A stretch of DNA of 50,344 bases from a virus (IMGVR_UViG_3300050331_000077:1-50344), one strand, 5' to 3'. Shown: positions 1-9,815, counted from the first letter of the stretch. Program-made: numbers and translations. The notes: a model not told the origin generated them from the letters alone.

Positions 1-1137
1 TTACGAAACTTTGTGAATCGTCTGTGCAAACGTGGCCAGTTTTGCCCGCTCTCTGCCCTTGTCGGCGCCGCTGATCCAGCGGGAATAGACCCTCAGAAAC
101 ATCTCCACGGAATGCCCCAGCTGCGCTGCGCACCACGCGGGGTTGCAGCCGGCCATCAGCAGCATGGTGGCGCACGTGTGCCGAGTCTGACGCGCGTCGC
201 GGTCGCGGATTCCCAAGCGTCGAAGGCTGGGTCGCCAGTACTTCTGCACCAGGTCTGATGTGTCCCACCACGGCTCGCCGGTCACCGGGTTGGTGAAGAT
301 CCGCCCGTTCGAAAGCTGCGTGTGTTCGCGCTGGCGCTCGAAGATCGCCGCTGCTCGCTCGTCGAGTTCGACGTCGCGCGACTTGTGGGTCTTCGTGTCT
401 TTCACAATGCCACGCACGCGGGCGTGCTCGATACGCAGGAGGCCCTTCCGGCGATCGATGTTGCGCCAAGCCAGCGCGATTCCCTCCGATGGGCGCCACC
501 CGAGCCACAGCGCACCCTCGAAATAGTTGGCGATCTGGGCGGGGTAGTGCGCCCGCATATCGGCAATCACTGCCTCGGCCTCGTCCCAGTCGAGAGGATC
601 CGGCTCCGGTTCCGCGCGCTTCGCGAATTCGATGTCGAGCGTCGGGTTTTCGCTGACCCACTTCGATCGGACCGCGTACCCGTAGAGCCCGCGCAGGCAG
701 CTGAGGATGTTGTTTCCCGTCTTGGGCGCAACCTCGAGGCTCGCGAGCCGCTGGTTCAGCGTGGCGAAGTCGAAAGCGCCGAGGTGCTTCCCGAGGTCGT
801 CCGCGAAAAACTTCTTCAGCGTGTTGCGGTACTCGCTCACGGTCGTTTCGGCGATGATGCGACTTCTGCTGTCGAGATAGTCGTCGATGGCCTTTTCGAT
901 CTGCGGGCCGTGGTCGGATTTCGCTGCGTGCTTGCTGTCGGGGAAGAATTCCCCCATCGAGAACGTCCCGCGCTCGATGGAGCGGAGGATGTCCTGCCGA
1001 AGCTTGTCGGCGTAAGCCATGTTCTTCGGCGTAGGGGCCAGCTTCAGGGTCTCGCGGTAGCTGCGACCGTCCCATCGAAAATAGACGAGGATCGACGCTT
1101 TCCGCGCATAGATTCCCTCCCAGGCCTTTTCGCCCAT
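1..1137 (-). CDS. int: Tyrosine recombinase / phage integrase with N-terminal arm-binding domain
   Basis: Start moved to MGEKAWEG (ATG 1137); catalytic motifs GWRPSE (R), KTHK, RQTRHT (H-x-x-R variant), LGHS and VYSRW (Y). Confidence 0.95.
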   Translation of the reverse strand: MGEKAWEGIYARKASILVYFRWDGRSYRETLKLAPTPKNMAYADKLRQDILRSIERGTFSMGEFFPDSKHAAKSDHGPQIEKAIDDYLDSRSRIIAETTVSEYRNTLKKFFADDLGKHLGAFDFATLNQRLASLEVAPKTGNNILSCLRGLYGYAVRSKWVSENPTLDIEFAKRAEPEPDPLDWDEAEAVIADMRAHYPAQIANYFEGALWLGWRPSEGIALAWRNIDRRKGLLRIEHARVRGIVKDTKTHKSRDVELDERAAAIFERQREHTQLSNGRIFTNPVTGEPWWDTSDLVQKYWRPSLRRLGIRDRDARQTRHTCATMLLMAGCNPAWCAAQLGHSVEMFLRVYSRWISGADKGRERAKLATFAQTIHKVS

Positions 1138-1310
1138 GCGTTGTACCCCTCGATATCTACGAGCTGGCGGCCGTCTTCGCCCCACTTCCACTCGCGGCCT
1201 TCGGCCCACATTCCTGTTTGAATTTTTGTGCGGATGGCATCCACAGTGTAGCCCGTCAAAGTCGACGCGCGCTCGATCGTCACGTAGCGGACGTAGATGG
1301 CTTCGATCAT
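1044..1310 (-). CDS. xis: Excisionase
   Basis: 88 aa MIEAIYVRYVTIERASTLTGYTVDAIRTKI...W.EGREW...DGR.LVDIEGYNAW, a winged-helix Xis signature; overlaps the int start. Confidence 0.85.
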   Translation of the reverse strand: MIEAIYVRYVTIERASTLTGYTVDAIRTKIQTGMWAEGREWKWGEDGRQLVDIEGYNAWAKRPGRESMRGKRRSSSIFDGTVAATARP

Positions 1311-1756
1311 GTCGGCTCCTTCGGTCCCGGCAGCAGCTTTGCCTCGGCGGCATGCTCGAGCACGGTTTTCCCGGACGTTAAAAGGATCTGTCCGAGGAAT
1401 GCGCCTTCGAATGACAGCACGCCCGTCTCGATCGCCACGATCTGTCCCTTGACCCAGTCGCGGAGGATCGAAAACACGGCGATGCTCGCAATTTCGAGCG
1501 CCTTCGCCTCGTGCTGCGATTTCGTCGACTTCATCCGGCTGGTCCAGGGGTGCACCTTGAGCCAGGCAGCCGCGTAGCCCTTCATCGAGGCCTTCACCGA
1601 TACCTGCCGGCCGTGGTACTCGAACTGCACGAGCAGCTCGCCGGACGCGTCGTCGAGCATGTATCCAAAACGGGTGCAGCCGAATGCGCGGAGGATCTTC
1701 TGCATCTCGCCGATCGCCTTGTCGCCGGCGGTGGCGGATTCGTAGGGGAGGGTCAT
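1307..1756 (-). CDS. Conserved phage hypothetical protein (149 aa)
   Basis: Coupled to neighbours by TGATG/ATGA overlaps; globular, protein-like composition. Confidence 0.75.
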   Translation of the reverse strand: MTLPYESATAGDKAIGEMQKILRAFGCTRFGYMLDDASGELLVQFEYHGRQVSVKASMKGYAAAWLKVHPWTSRMKSTKSQHEAKALEIASIAVFSILRDWVKGQIVAIETGVLSFEGAFLGQILLTSGKTVLEHAAEAKLLPGPKEPT

Positions 1757-2982
1757 CAGTCCGCCTCCAGCCCGAACAGATCGTGCTGTTCAGCGCCGTT
1801 TGCATACACGGTAACGGGCAGGAAGTCATCGGCGTGGGGCTCGTCGCCGCTCCAGCCATCGGGCCAGATTCCCGTGACGATCAGCTCGCGGATGCGCGCC
1901 TCTTCCTCGGCGTCGATCAGCGACAATTCAGGCATGCGGGATGGCCGGCGCGCGTTACATCGCGTCTGAATGGCAAGGATTTCTCCGAGCGCCCATTCGC
2001 GTGCCTCCATGGTCAGCGGACCCATGCGCTGCGGGTTCGCCGCGATGGAGCCGTCTTTCAGCTTCTCGGCACCCGACTTACGCAGTCGATTACGGGGCTC
2101 GCGTAGTTCGCGGTAGATCGGCTTAAGGGCGCGCAGCGGTTCGAGCCACTGCCACCGTGGCATCGCGAGGATCGCTTCGAGGGCCTTCTCTTCCTGCGCG
2201 AGCGGGCAGCCGATGCATCCGGTGCGAGCGTTGATCTCTTCGGCCTCGTCACCGCCGTACGCGTCCGCGACGATCTCGGTCGGCCACTCGCCGAACTTGG
2301 CCTGCGGTGCCCAGTGGCGCAGCCACTCCCATACGTGGCAGACGCGCCAATGCAGGATCGGTGCGAGCGTCGCAATGCGGCCGCGCACGCCCTTGCTATC
2401 GGGCAGAACCTGCTGGTACCAACCCTGACCGCACTCGGCGCCGTCCTTGCTGCAGCTCATCTCGATGCGTCGGTCTCGAATAGCGCTCTCGCCTTGGCGC
2501 ACCCCGGTGATTACGAGGGCCGTGCCCTCGGCGAGCGTCTCGGCGATAGCGGCTGTCATCGGATCGACTTTGATCTGACGCGTGCACCACCGCAGCGTGT
2601 TGTTGTTGGGAGGCGGCACGCCGCGACCGAGGATGTATGGAAGGAATCGCTTTTCGAGAGGCGCGCGGACGACCCGGAAGGCGATGTCACGCTCTTCGAG
2701 GCAGTCCATGATCTCCTGCGCCGCTATCGCGAGCGGCGGCAGTTCCTGGCGCGTGTCAGCGTAGAGGACGGTGATACGACGCGGTGCCGCGATTTTGCCC
2801 GCGGAGATCAGGTAGAGGATCAGCGTGAGCGTTGCCGTCGAGTCCTTGCCGCCCGACCACGCGAATACCCAGTGATCATGCTGCGGCCCGTACGCCTGCA
2901 TCGACTGAATGGTGAGTTCGATGCTCTCGGTCATCTGGAGGCGGGCGCCGGCTTCGAAGAGGGATAGGTGGCGGGTGTTCAT
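1756..2982 (-). CDS. PAPS reductase family protein, DndC-like
   Basis: PP-loop SGGKDS, YADT, P..RWCTRQIK.DP, GVRQGES..R, C-terminal RTGCIGC. Confidence 0.9.
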   Translation of the reverse strand: MNTRHLSLFEAGARLQMTESIELTIQSMQAYGPQHDHWVFAWSGGKDSTATLTLILYLISAGKIAAPRRITVLYADTRQELPPLAIAAQEIMDCLEERDIAFRVVRAPLEKRFLPYILGRGVPPPNNNTLRWCTRQIKVDPMTAAIAETLAEGTALVITGVRQGESAIRDRRIEMSCSKDGAECGQGWYQQVLPDSKGVRGRIATLAPILHWRVCHVWEWLRHWAPQAKFGEWPTEIVADAYGGDEAEEINARTGCIGCPLAQEEKALEAILAMPRWQWLEPLRALKPIYRELREPRNRLRKSGAEKLKDGSIAANPQRMGPLTMEAREWALGEILAIQTRCNARRPSRMPELSLIDAEEEARIRELIVTGIWPDGWSGDEPHADDFLPVTVYANGAEQHDLFGLEAD

Positions 2983-3488
2983 GCCGTCCCCCCATCCAGT
3001 TCAATCCGAATGCACGCGGCCATTACGCGGCGCTCCCCGTAACACGCCTTCCATGCATCGGTCTGCGTCGGTTCTGCGCTCGATCGATACCCGGCGATGT
3101 GGCCGCTGAGGCGGTGTGCCTTGCCGTAGCCGAGGCTCAACACGACCGGACGGCCGACGGCGCAGGTTCTGGCATTCCAGCGCTGCCCTTCGGGTCGGTA
3201 CTCCTCCATGTTCGGCTTGGTGCCGTCACGGAATTGCTCGAAGTACTCGCGCTTCCGGGGGATGAACAACGGCTTTGTTGTGGCGTCGCTGCCTACAACA
3301 TGGGGGGTGCGCGTACCTCGAGGCGCCGCCTTTACAGTGCCTCCACCGAAACAACCGATGGAGTTCACATGCTCGACCAGTTCCCCTACGAATACCTCTT
3401 TCTCGCCGTTCTCTTCGCTATTAGGCGCAAGGGGATCGATTTGGAGTTCAAGTTCCGGGTTCGACGCGGCAAGAAGTAGATCAGCCAT
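2979..3488 (-). CDS. ASCH/PUA-like domain protein with N-terminal extension
   Basis: C-terminal half KPLFIP.KREYFEQFRDGTK...EYR...RWN...LSLGY resembles ASCH; SD AGGAG before ATG 3488. Confidence 0.65.
   Translation of the reverse strand: MADLLLAASNPELELQIDPLAPNSEENGEKEVFVGELVEHVNSIGCFGGGTVKAAPRGTRTPHVVGSDATTKPLFIPRKREYFEQFRDGTKPNMEEYRPEGQRWNARTCAVGRPVVLSLGYGKAHRLSGHIAGYRSSAEPTQTDAWKACYGERRVMAACIRIELDGGTA
3369..3479 (+). CDS. Putative 36-aa hydrophobic/basic peptide, antisense to the ASCH gene
   Basis: MLDQFPYEYLFLAVLFAIRRKGIDLEFKFRVRRGKK; SD GGAG 5 nt before ATG; possible -10 TACAGT at 3333-3338; locally lower GC. Confidence 0.45.
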   Translation: MLDQFPYEYLFLAVLFAIRRKGIDLEFKFRVRRGKK

Positions 3489-3969
3489 GATTCACTCCTG
3501 CCATAGCGTGCGCCACCGCCACCTCTCTGCTCGGGGCCATGCAGCCGGAGATAACCTCCATCTTTACGACAATCTCCTCGGTGTTCGCGCAACTCGCGAT
3601 CAGCTCGAGCGGCAGCCGCTTGTAGGCGCGTAGGCAATCGTCGAGGCTATCGCGTGCCGCTCGGATTTCGTCTTCGGTGAGCAGCCCGGCACCGTCGATC
3701 CTGTGCGCAAGCACCGTGAGCGGCCCTAAGTCGATGTCGCACGGCCGTTGCCGCTGAACGCGCTCCCACACTGCGACGAAGCCGTGCAGGACGGGGGCGG
3801 CGTACTCAAGCTCGCCTTTCCACTCGACGACAGGCATATCGCCGACGCACGTCACTTCGCCTTCGCGCAACTCGTTCAGCAGCCGGTAGTAGGGCGCGAA
3901 CACTTCCCGCGCGCGATAGGCGCGGTTCATTCCGCGGCCGCTATGGAATCGGACAGGCGTCTCCTTCAC
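3481..3969 (-). CDS. Hypothetical phage protein (162 aa)
   Basis: Overlaps both neighbours within the operon; protein-like composition. Confidence 0.7.
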   Translation of the reverse strand: MKETPVRFHSGRGMNRAYRAREVFAPYYRLLNELREGEVTCVGDMPVVEWKGELEYAAPVLHGFVAVWERVQRQRPCDIDLGPLTVLAHRIDGAGLLTEDEIRAARDSLDDCLRAYKRLPLELIASCANTEEIVVKMEVISGCMAPSREVAVAHAMAGVNHG

Positions 3970-5141
3970 GATTTCGCCTCCCGATACACCGCATCGCGCC
4001 GCGCACTGCCGACATAGACGAGCGCATACACGTCGCCGCGGCTGCTGCCGTTCCGCGCAGCGGCCTTCGCCGCAGCAACAGCACTCTCGGGCTTCTTGCG
4101 GATGAGAGGCTTACGACGAGGCGCCTTGACCAGATAGGCCGATGCCGCTTCGCGGATGTGGAGCGCGTCGCCGTCCTTGTCGAGTTGCTCGCGCAGGGCG
4201 GCGCAGGCTTGACGCTCGACGCCGAGGAGGTGCTCGAGCTTCGAGATCAGAGCGCGTGCGTTCGTGAGCTCGGACGCGACGTGCTTGGCGAGTTCGGCCT
4301 CGGAGAGGTCGGACGGGTCGAGGTCGCCGGAGAAGGGCGCGAGCAGGTCGCGGATCGCGTCAAGTTCCTTTGCCGCTTCCATCGCCTGGGTGCGCAGGTC
4401 TGAGACGTCTTCCACGACGCCACGAATCGGGCCACGCACTTCGCCGAGGGCTACGGCGTGCATCGAGGCAACGAGGCGGCAGGCGTCGTCGCGATTCTCG
4501 TGTGCTTTGGCGAGATCGGCCATCTGCTCCATGATCTTCTGCGCGTTCGCCTTCGAGACTTCTTTGTGCAGTTCGACGGAACGCCTCAGTTCATCGCGCT
4601 CGGCCTCGAGCATCGTCACGCGCTCGGTCAGCCGCGTGACCTCGACGGCCGCTTCGAGCCGCGTGCCGATTTCGTCGGCGCACAGTCGTGCGTTCTCGCT
4701 GACGGCATCGTCTGCCTCCCAGCACTCGTCGCGCTCGTCCTGGTTGCGAGGGTTGCCGGGGCGCGTGCAGCTAAAGCACGGCGGGCTGATGTGGCACGAG
4801 CAGTTGCCATCGCGGCCGAATTCCGAAATGAACTCCTCGCGATCCGCCTGAGCCTCGACGGTAAGGCGACGCTCGGTGGTTCCCTCATTGCTGAGGGCAC
4901 CATCCGCAGAAGTCGCAGCCGGCGCGGCCTTTGCGATCGGCCGCAGCAGCCCATACCGCCCGTCGTACCGGCCGCGGCCCGGGATGTGCTCGATCTGGCC
5001 CTGCTGCGCGAGCGTGCGCAGTTCAGCGCGGATCGTTGCCTCGTCGAGGCCGGTCTCGCGCTTGATGTCGAGGACCGAAAGGAGCGTTTTGGCAGTCGAG
5101 AGGTGCAGCTCGACGGTGATGGATTTCTCGGGGGCGTTCAT
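3966..5141 (-). CDS. Mosaic early protein: N-terminal wHTH-like segment, CSCHISPPCFSC motif, long coiled coil
   Basis: Start at MNAPEK (ATG 5141, ATGA overlap with upstream stop, SD GGAGG); 391 aa. Confidence 0.7.
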   Translation of the reverse strand: MNAPEKSITVELHLSTAKTLLSVLDIKRETGLDEATIRAELRTLAQQGQIEHIPGRGRYDGRYGLLRPIAKAAPAATSADGALSNEGTTERRLTVEAQADREEFISEFGRDGNCSCHISPPCFSCTRPGNPRNQDERDECWEADDAVSENARLCADEIGTRLEAAVEVTRLTERVTMLEAERDELRRSVELHKEVSKANAQKIMEQMADLAKAHENRDDACRLVASMHAVALGEVRGPIRGVVEDVSDLRTQAMEAAKELDAIRDLLAPFSGDLDPSDLSEAELAKHVASELTNARALISKLEHLLGVERQACAALREQLDKDGDALHIREAASAYLVKAPRRKPLIRKKPESAVAAAKAAARNGSSRGDVYALVYVGSARRDAVYREAKS

Positions 5142-5827
5142 GCGGCCTCCTGGATTGCTGCAGCTTTGGAGTTGTCGTACTGCTGGATGCCCCACGCGAG
5201 CGCGTAGCAGCACCAGAGGAACGCGTGCGTGTACTGGGTGAAGTCGTAATCCCACAGGTCGCTGAAGTGCCACTGATCCGATTTCGGCCCAGAGCGCCAG
5301 GAGAAGTCTCGCGCGGCGATGTATGCCGCTTGCTCGCCGTCGTCGTCCATGGCGCCGAAAACCTCGTTCTCGACCGCCTCCCACAGTTCTCGACGCTCGT
5401 CGCGGTCCAAGCGGCCCGAGGACCGCGCTTCGCGAATCCACGCTCGCCGCTGCTCGTTGATGACCTCGCGGAATTTGTCCTCGCTGAATTCCGTGACTGC
5501 GGCGCTCCGACGGTTCCCGTCGACCGTAATGAGCTTCTCGGACCAGTAGCCCGGTTTGATCGCCAGCGTCTGCCCATCGCGCAGGTGCGTGTACTTCCGA
5601 TCCGTGCGGAAGAACTCGAACATGTCCTTCAGGCGCGTGAAAACGAAGGTGCCCATGTCGCCCGTGTAGCAGAGGCATCCCGGCCACGTAATCATGTCGA
5701 AGTGCATGCAGATCGTGTCCGGCCGTTTGAACCGGACGTGGCGGTAGATCCCATCCTCGCGAAGGATGGTCATTTGGTGCTCGGCGACGTCCTTGAGGAA
5801 GCGTGCCTCTGTGCATTTGTCGGTCAT
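5138..5827 (-). CDS. Conserved phage hypothetical protein (229 aa)
   Basis: [22 protein letters not shown]...[19 protein letters not shown] pattern, recognised as a recurring temperate-phage early protein; ATGA coupling. Confidence 0.8.
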   Translation of the reverse strand: MTDKCTEARFLKDVAEHQMTILREDGIYRHVRFKRPDTICMHFDMITWPGCLCYTGDMGTFVFTRLKDMFEFFRTDRKYTHLRDGQTLAIKPGYWSEKLITVDGNRRSAAVTEFSEDKFREVINEQRRAWIREARSSGRLDRDERRELWEAVENEVFGAMDDDGEQAAYIAARDFSWRSGPKSDQWHFSDLWDYDFTQYTHAFLWCCYALAWGIQQYDNSKAAAIQEAA

Positions 5828-6993
5828 GCTGCGAGTACCTCACGGGTTCCGTTCGCGTTCATTGCGGAGACGATGCCGTCTCGCTCCATCTGCTCGAGGA
5901 GCCGCGCGGCGCGGTTGTAGCCGATGCGCAAGTGGCGCTGGACGAGGCTGATGGAGGGGCGGCGTTGTTCGAGGACGACACGCTTCGCCTCCTCGTAGGC
6001 GGTCTCGTCGCCTACCAGATCGCACAGCCGCTCGTTCAACTTCGTGAGCGGGTCACCGGCGGATCCGGCCCGCGTCGCCTGGTCGACGAGATCGTTCCGC
6101 TGCGGTGTGAAAAGCCCGCCGAGCTCGCGAATCAGCGCGCGGAAAATGCGATCGACTTCCTCGGACGCGAGAAGGAAGTCGGCGTCGAACTGCGCCGCCG
6201 CATCGTCGGCCGGCTCGCGGCCTTCCACGAGGACGTCGAGGAGGAGGACGCGCTTCAGTTCCAGCTTGTCGGTCAGGATGAAGCTCACGCGGTCGTCGTG
6301 CGTCAGGCCGAGCGAGGCGGGCAGTTTCCCGGCCTCAAGGTGCTGCCGGACGTCCTCTCCGTCGAGTGGGTGTCGCGTGTATCGCACGGCCGCGGCATCC
6401 TCGGTCACGGCGACGAGCTCGAGGTCCTGATCGATCGTGAAGTCCTCGGGCGCCTCGCCGGCGGCGAGCCAGTCGGCCATGGCGCCCGCCGGCGATCGTT
6501 CCGTACGCAGCAGCGCGACCGGCAACACGTCGAAGGCGTGCCGCATCGCCTCGAGCACGCCTTCGGCGCGGTTCGCGCTCGGCGCGTCGATCACGAGCAG
6601 GCCGGCAGCCTCATCGACCCAGGCGAGCGTCCGGCGCTTTCGCGTGAAGGCCTGCGGGAGCAGTTCGCGCAAGACCTCGTCCTTGATCTCCCGCATCTGC
6701 TTGCGCCCCGGCCGATAGCCTTGGTGCGCGTAGATCTCTTCCGCGCGGAGCTCAGCGTGCTCATTGACGACGTAGGCCGGCAGCAGACGCTCTTCGCTCT
6801 GCAAGCAGAAGAGCAAACGTCCGCCGATGAAGTGGCAGAGGTTCGCGTCGTCCCGCGGCGGCACGAAACCCGAGGACTCCGCGTCGAGGTCGCCGCAAGA
6901 CTGGAAGGTTCGGCGCGACAGGTATTCCGATGTGGCAAAGGAATCCCAAGGCCAGCCTTCCGGCAGGTGGTAGGCGATGGCGTTGCGGATCAT
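5824..6993 (-). CDS. rdgC: Recombination-associated protein RdgC fused to C-terminal FtsK gamma domain
   Basis: RdgC motifs (SSGFVPP, EERLLPA.VV, LLPQAF, FDADF.L) then [44 protein letters not shown], typical of FtsK-gamma. Confidence 0.92.
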   Translation of the reverse strand: MIRNAIAYHLPEGWPWDSFATSEYLSRRTFQSCGDLDAESSGFVPPRDDANLCHFIGGRLLFCLQSEERLLPAYVVNEHAELRAEEIYAHQGYRPGRKQMREIKDEVLRELLPQAFTRKRRTLAWVDEAAGLLVIDAPSANRAEGVLEAMRHAFDVLPVALLRTERSPAGAMADWLAAGEAPEDFTIDQDLELVAVTEDAAAVRYTRHPLDGEDVRQHLEAGKLPASLGLTHDDRVSFILTDKLELKRVLLLDVLVEGREPADDAAAQFDADFLLASEEVDRIFRALIRELGGLFTPQRNDLVDQATRAGSAGDPLTKLNERLCDLVGDETAYEEAKRVVLEQRRPSISLVQRHLRIGYNRAARLLEQMERDGIVSAMNANGTREVLAA

Positions 6994-8759
6994 GCGGCCA
7001 CCTTCATCTGCACGGCCACGGAAGAGAGATGGCGGATCAGGGCAGTGCAGATGCGCTCGATGTCCGACTCACGGAAGAGCACCGCGGAGCGCTCGCGGCC
7101 CGCAGGCTGGATGCCGAGCGTGGCGAGGCCTGCCGCATCGATCTTCACCGGCGCCAGGCGGGCATTGATCTGCCCAAGGGTGATCTTCTCGTCGCTCTCT
7201 TCGGGGATGGCGGCGACCACGATCTCAGGCTGTTCCGCGGGCTTGCTCTGCTCGATGACGGCGACGGCTTGTGCGACTTGTGCCTGACGGCGCTGCTCGG
7301 CTTCCACGGCCTCTTGCTGGCGCCGCAGTTCGGCGCGCTCGGCGTCGAGCTTTGCCTGTTCGGCGGCGCGGGCGGCGGCAGCCTGGCGCTCGCTCTCGGC
7401 GTGCGCTTCGCGGGCGGCGCGCTGCGCCTTCGCCTCTTCTTCGGCGCGGATGCGCTCACGCTCGGCGGCGAGGCGCTTCTCTTCGGCCTCGCGCCGGGCA
7501 TTGATCCGCATCGCGAGCAGGGCGGCGAAGTCCTCCGGCGCCTTCGTGCAGACGGCGGCGAAGTCCGGCATCAGGCTCATGTCCTCGACCGACTTGCGGT
7601 TCGCCTCGATCCGGTCCGCGAGCGCGTTGCATTCCACCTTGGCGTTCGTTAGCACGACGGACACCTTGTCGCGCATGCTGTCGAGAGACTTCAGGCCCTT
7701 GACGGCCTCGCCGAACATCTGCGGCGCGTACATGCTCGACGGAATGGCGGCCGGAGCGGTGCGGGCGTTCAATTGCTGCACGTGCGCAACGATCGACTGG
7801 TGCGCCTGCGCGGTGATCTGCAGCTTCCGTGCTTCCTTCTCGGACTTCACCAGCTTGTCGAGCTTCAGGCGGACCGCGCGAGCCTCGTCCTTGATCGTGT
7901 CGATCGTGCGGAAGAGGTCGTCGATGCTCGTCGTCTGGCTGAGCGCGTGATCCTTCGCGGCGTCGAGCTTGTCCTCGACTTCCTTGCACCACTTCACCGT
8001 CTTCTCGGCGTCGGCGAAGTCTGCGTCGGTCTGCAGGTCGGTCTTGATGCCGGCGAAGACTTCGAGCGCGTGCTCGCGGAAGACGTCGAGGTTGGACACG
8101 GTCACCCGGCCCGTGACTTCGATCCGCAGAGCGGGGAGGGCTTCGGGGGACCGACCGATGGGCGCCGGCTCGCGGGGGGCCTCGGGGACGTACTCGGCGA
8201 GGTCGCGCTCGAATTGTTCCCATCCGGCCATGAGCCGTGCAATGCGCTCGGGCGTCGTGCGGTACTCGCACCACACGAAGCGCTCCATCGTCCCGTCCGA
8301 CACGACGAAGAGGATCTTCTCGAAGCCGAAGACGGCGATTTGCTGATCAAGCTGCCATTTGTGCGAGTGGGGCACTTCGCCCGTACGCACCTGAGCGGCA
8401 AGCTCTTCGTTCCACAGCTTGTGCTCGAAGCCAGTGTCGTAGAGCATCGTCGCGCCGTCGGAACTTGCGAGCAGACGGCCAGCGTCGTCGGTGGCGACGA
8501 TCGGATACAGATCCTCGCCGGTAATGTTCTGCTCGACCAGCGCGCGCGCTGCCGACTCGGCGGCGTGACCTTCATCGAAACGGCGCTGCGTTGCCGGGTC
8601 GACCTCCGGAACGATGCCGGTTGCCTTCTGGCGCAGCAGCTCGCTTCGCGTCACGTACGGGCTGACCCCCATCATTGCCGGGGCTTCAGAGGCGGTGAAG
8701 CATTTCGCACGGGCAGCGTGCCATTCCGGCGTGCCCTGCTGAACGTTGAGCTCGATCAT
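6990..8759 (-). CDS. YqaJ / lambda-exonuclease family nuclease with long coiled-coil C-terminus
   Basis: [10 protein letters not shown]...[26 protein letters not shown]...Q motifs; 589 aa. Confidence 0.9.
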   Translation of the reverse strand: MIELNVQQGTPEWHAARAKCFTASEAPAMMGVSPYVTRSELLRQKATGIVPEVDPATQRRFDEGHAAESAARALVEQNITGEDLYPIVATDDAGRLLASSDGATMLYDTGFEHKLWNEELAAQVRTGEVPHSHKWQLDQQIAVFGFEKILFVVSDGTMERFVWCEYRTTPERIARLMAGWEQFERDLAEYVPEAPREPAPIGRSPEALPALRIEVTGRVTVSNLDVFREHALEVFAGIKTDLQTDADFADAEKTVKWCKEVEDKLDAAKDHALSQTTSIDDLFRTIDTIKDEARAVRLKLDKLVKSEKEARKLQITAQAHQSIVAHVQQLNARTAPAAIPSSMYAPQMFGEAVKGLKSLDSMRDKVSVVLTNAKVECNALADRIEANRKSVEDMSLMPDFAAVCTKAPEDFAALLAMRINARREAEEKRLAAERERIRAEEEAKAQRAAREAHAESERQAAAARAAEQAKLDAERAELRRQQEAVEAEQRRQAQVAQAVAVIEQSKPAEQPEIVVAAIPEESDEKITLGQINARLAPVKIDAAGLATLGIQPAGRERSAVLFRESDIERICTALIRHLSSVAVQMKVAA

Positions 8760-9589
8760 TCTTCCGCTCCTTCATAGCCGGCCAGGAAGTCGGCGTTCTC
8801 GTCTTCCGACTGACCCTCAGGCTGCGGCGGGTTGCGGATCGCGTCCTTCTGCTGTTCGCTAAGCGAGTACTTGCTCGAGCTGCGGACGATGATTTGCTCG
8901 GCGGAAACCTTCCCGGCCTCGATTGCCGCGTGCCACTGCGGGAGGTTTGCCGCGAACTGGTCGGCCGGGTAGGGCGGGAGCGCTTGCTGCGTCGGCTGCT
9001 CCGACTTCCGGGCCTGCACCCGGGTCTCGACGACCTCGGCGGCCCCCATGTCGCGCTCTGTGGGCATATCGCGCGCCTCTTCGGCCGAGATGACGCCGCG
9101 CAGCGCATCCGGGAAGGCGTCGCGGAGCGCAAAGCCGCGTGCGCGCATCTGGAGCATCCGCTTCGGGTATTGCGTCCACGGTCCCTGCTTGCCCGTCAGG
9201 CCGGCGCGCTTCGCGTCTTCCATCGTGAAGACCTGGCTGACCTCGGGTTCGCCGCGGCGTTTCACCGTGCAGGTCGCGGAATTCCCGTCGCATTCCTCCT
9301 TGATCCACTCGAATGCGGAATGCGCCTTCACCAGGGCGAGCATTGCGTCGCCCCACAGGCTCGGGCGGCCGTTGATGACGGCGATAGACTGCATTGCCTG
9401 CATCGGCTGCAGGCCGAGCTCCATGCCCCACTGGATCGCAACGAGGCAGTTTCCGGGCTTGCTGATGTAATCCTTCGGGACGATGCTCGAATTCGCCAGC
9501 ATGTCGGCGAAGCGCATCGCCTCGTCGAGATCCTTCGGGGCAAGGGAGAAGTTCTGTTTTGTCGGCTGGATTGCCGTGACGTTGCTCAT
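8756..9589 (-). CDS. recT: RecT-like single-strand annealing protein
   Basis: IVPKDY..KPGNCLVAIQWGMELGLQPMQAMQSIAVINGRP, W.QYPKRMLQMRARGFALRDAFPD; start MSNVTA with SD GAGG; adjacent to exonuclease. Confidence 0.85.
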   Translation of the reverse strand: MSNVTAIQPTKQNFSLAPKDLDEAMRFADMLANSSIVPKDYISKPGNCLVAIQWGMELGLQPMQAMQSIAVINGRPSLWGDAMLALVKAHSAFEWIKEECDGNSATCTVKRRGEPEVSQVFTMEDAKRAGLTGKQGPWTQYPKRMLQMRARGFALRDAFPDALRGVISAEEARDMPTERDMGAAEVVETRVQARKSEQPTQQALPPYPADQFAANLPQWHAAIEAGKVSAEQIIVRSSSKYSLSEQQKDAIRNPPQPEGQSEDENADFLAGYEGAEE

Positions 9590-9611
9590 GGTTTTCCTCA
9601 CTTCATGGTGG

Positions 9612-9815
9612 TCAGGCGACGCCCTTCGCGCGTCGACTGATGTCGAGCGCGATCTCATCCGACGAGCGCGGATCGAACTCGCGGCGCAGGGCGTTGAGCT
9701 GTGCAGCCTCTCGGGCGAGGTAGGTGTCGGCGTTCTCGCGGGAGTACGAGAGGTCCTGTTCGTGGCGAGTGATCTTCGCGGCGCGCAGGCGACGGACCAG
9801 GGTGATGAGGCTCAT
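9612..9815 (-). CDS. Hypothetical protein (67 aa)
   Basis: MSLITLVRRL...; ATGA overlap with the upstream gene. Confidence 0.55.
   Translation of the reverse strand: MSLITLVRRLRAAKITRHEQDLSYSRENADTYLAREAAQLNALRREFDPRSSDEIALDISRRAKGVA

Noticed and set aside
1-60. attL/attR core repeats
   Set aside because: The window starts at the integrase stop and ends at the Rz1 stop, so flanks are not included
1138-1353. 72-aa N-terminal extension of the integrase ORF
   Set aside because: Arg-rich shadow of the overlapping xis frame; MGEKAWEG is the credible start
1756-2982. Auxiliary sulfur-metabolism gene cysH
   Set aside because: Length and motifs fit DndC-like proteins better, the CysH C-terminal ECGLH motif is absent, and no other sulfur genes are present
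4875-4905. Hairpin CCCTCA-ttgc-TGAGGG inside a coding region
   Set aside because: Single copy, no U-tract and no supporting context
5142-5843. N-terminal 234 aa of the 625-aa ORF 3966-5843
   Set aside because: Alternative frame of the real 229-aa gene; the true start is at 5141 with SD and ATGA coupling
5138-9815. Repeated C-terminal ...AA ends (IQEAA, EVLAA, KVAA, QVAA) as a degron programme
   Set aside because: Explained by SD plus GCATGA stop/start coupling; a degron role is not excluded but is unsupported
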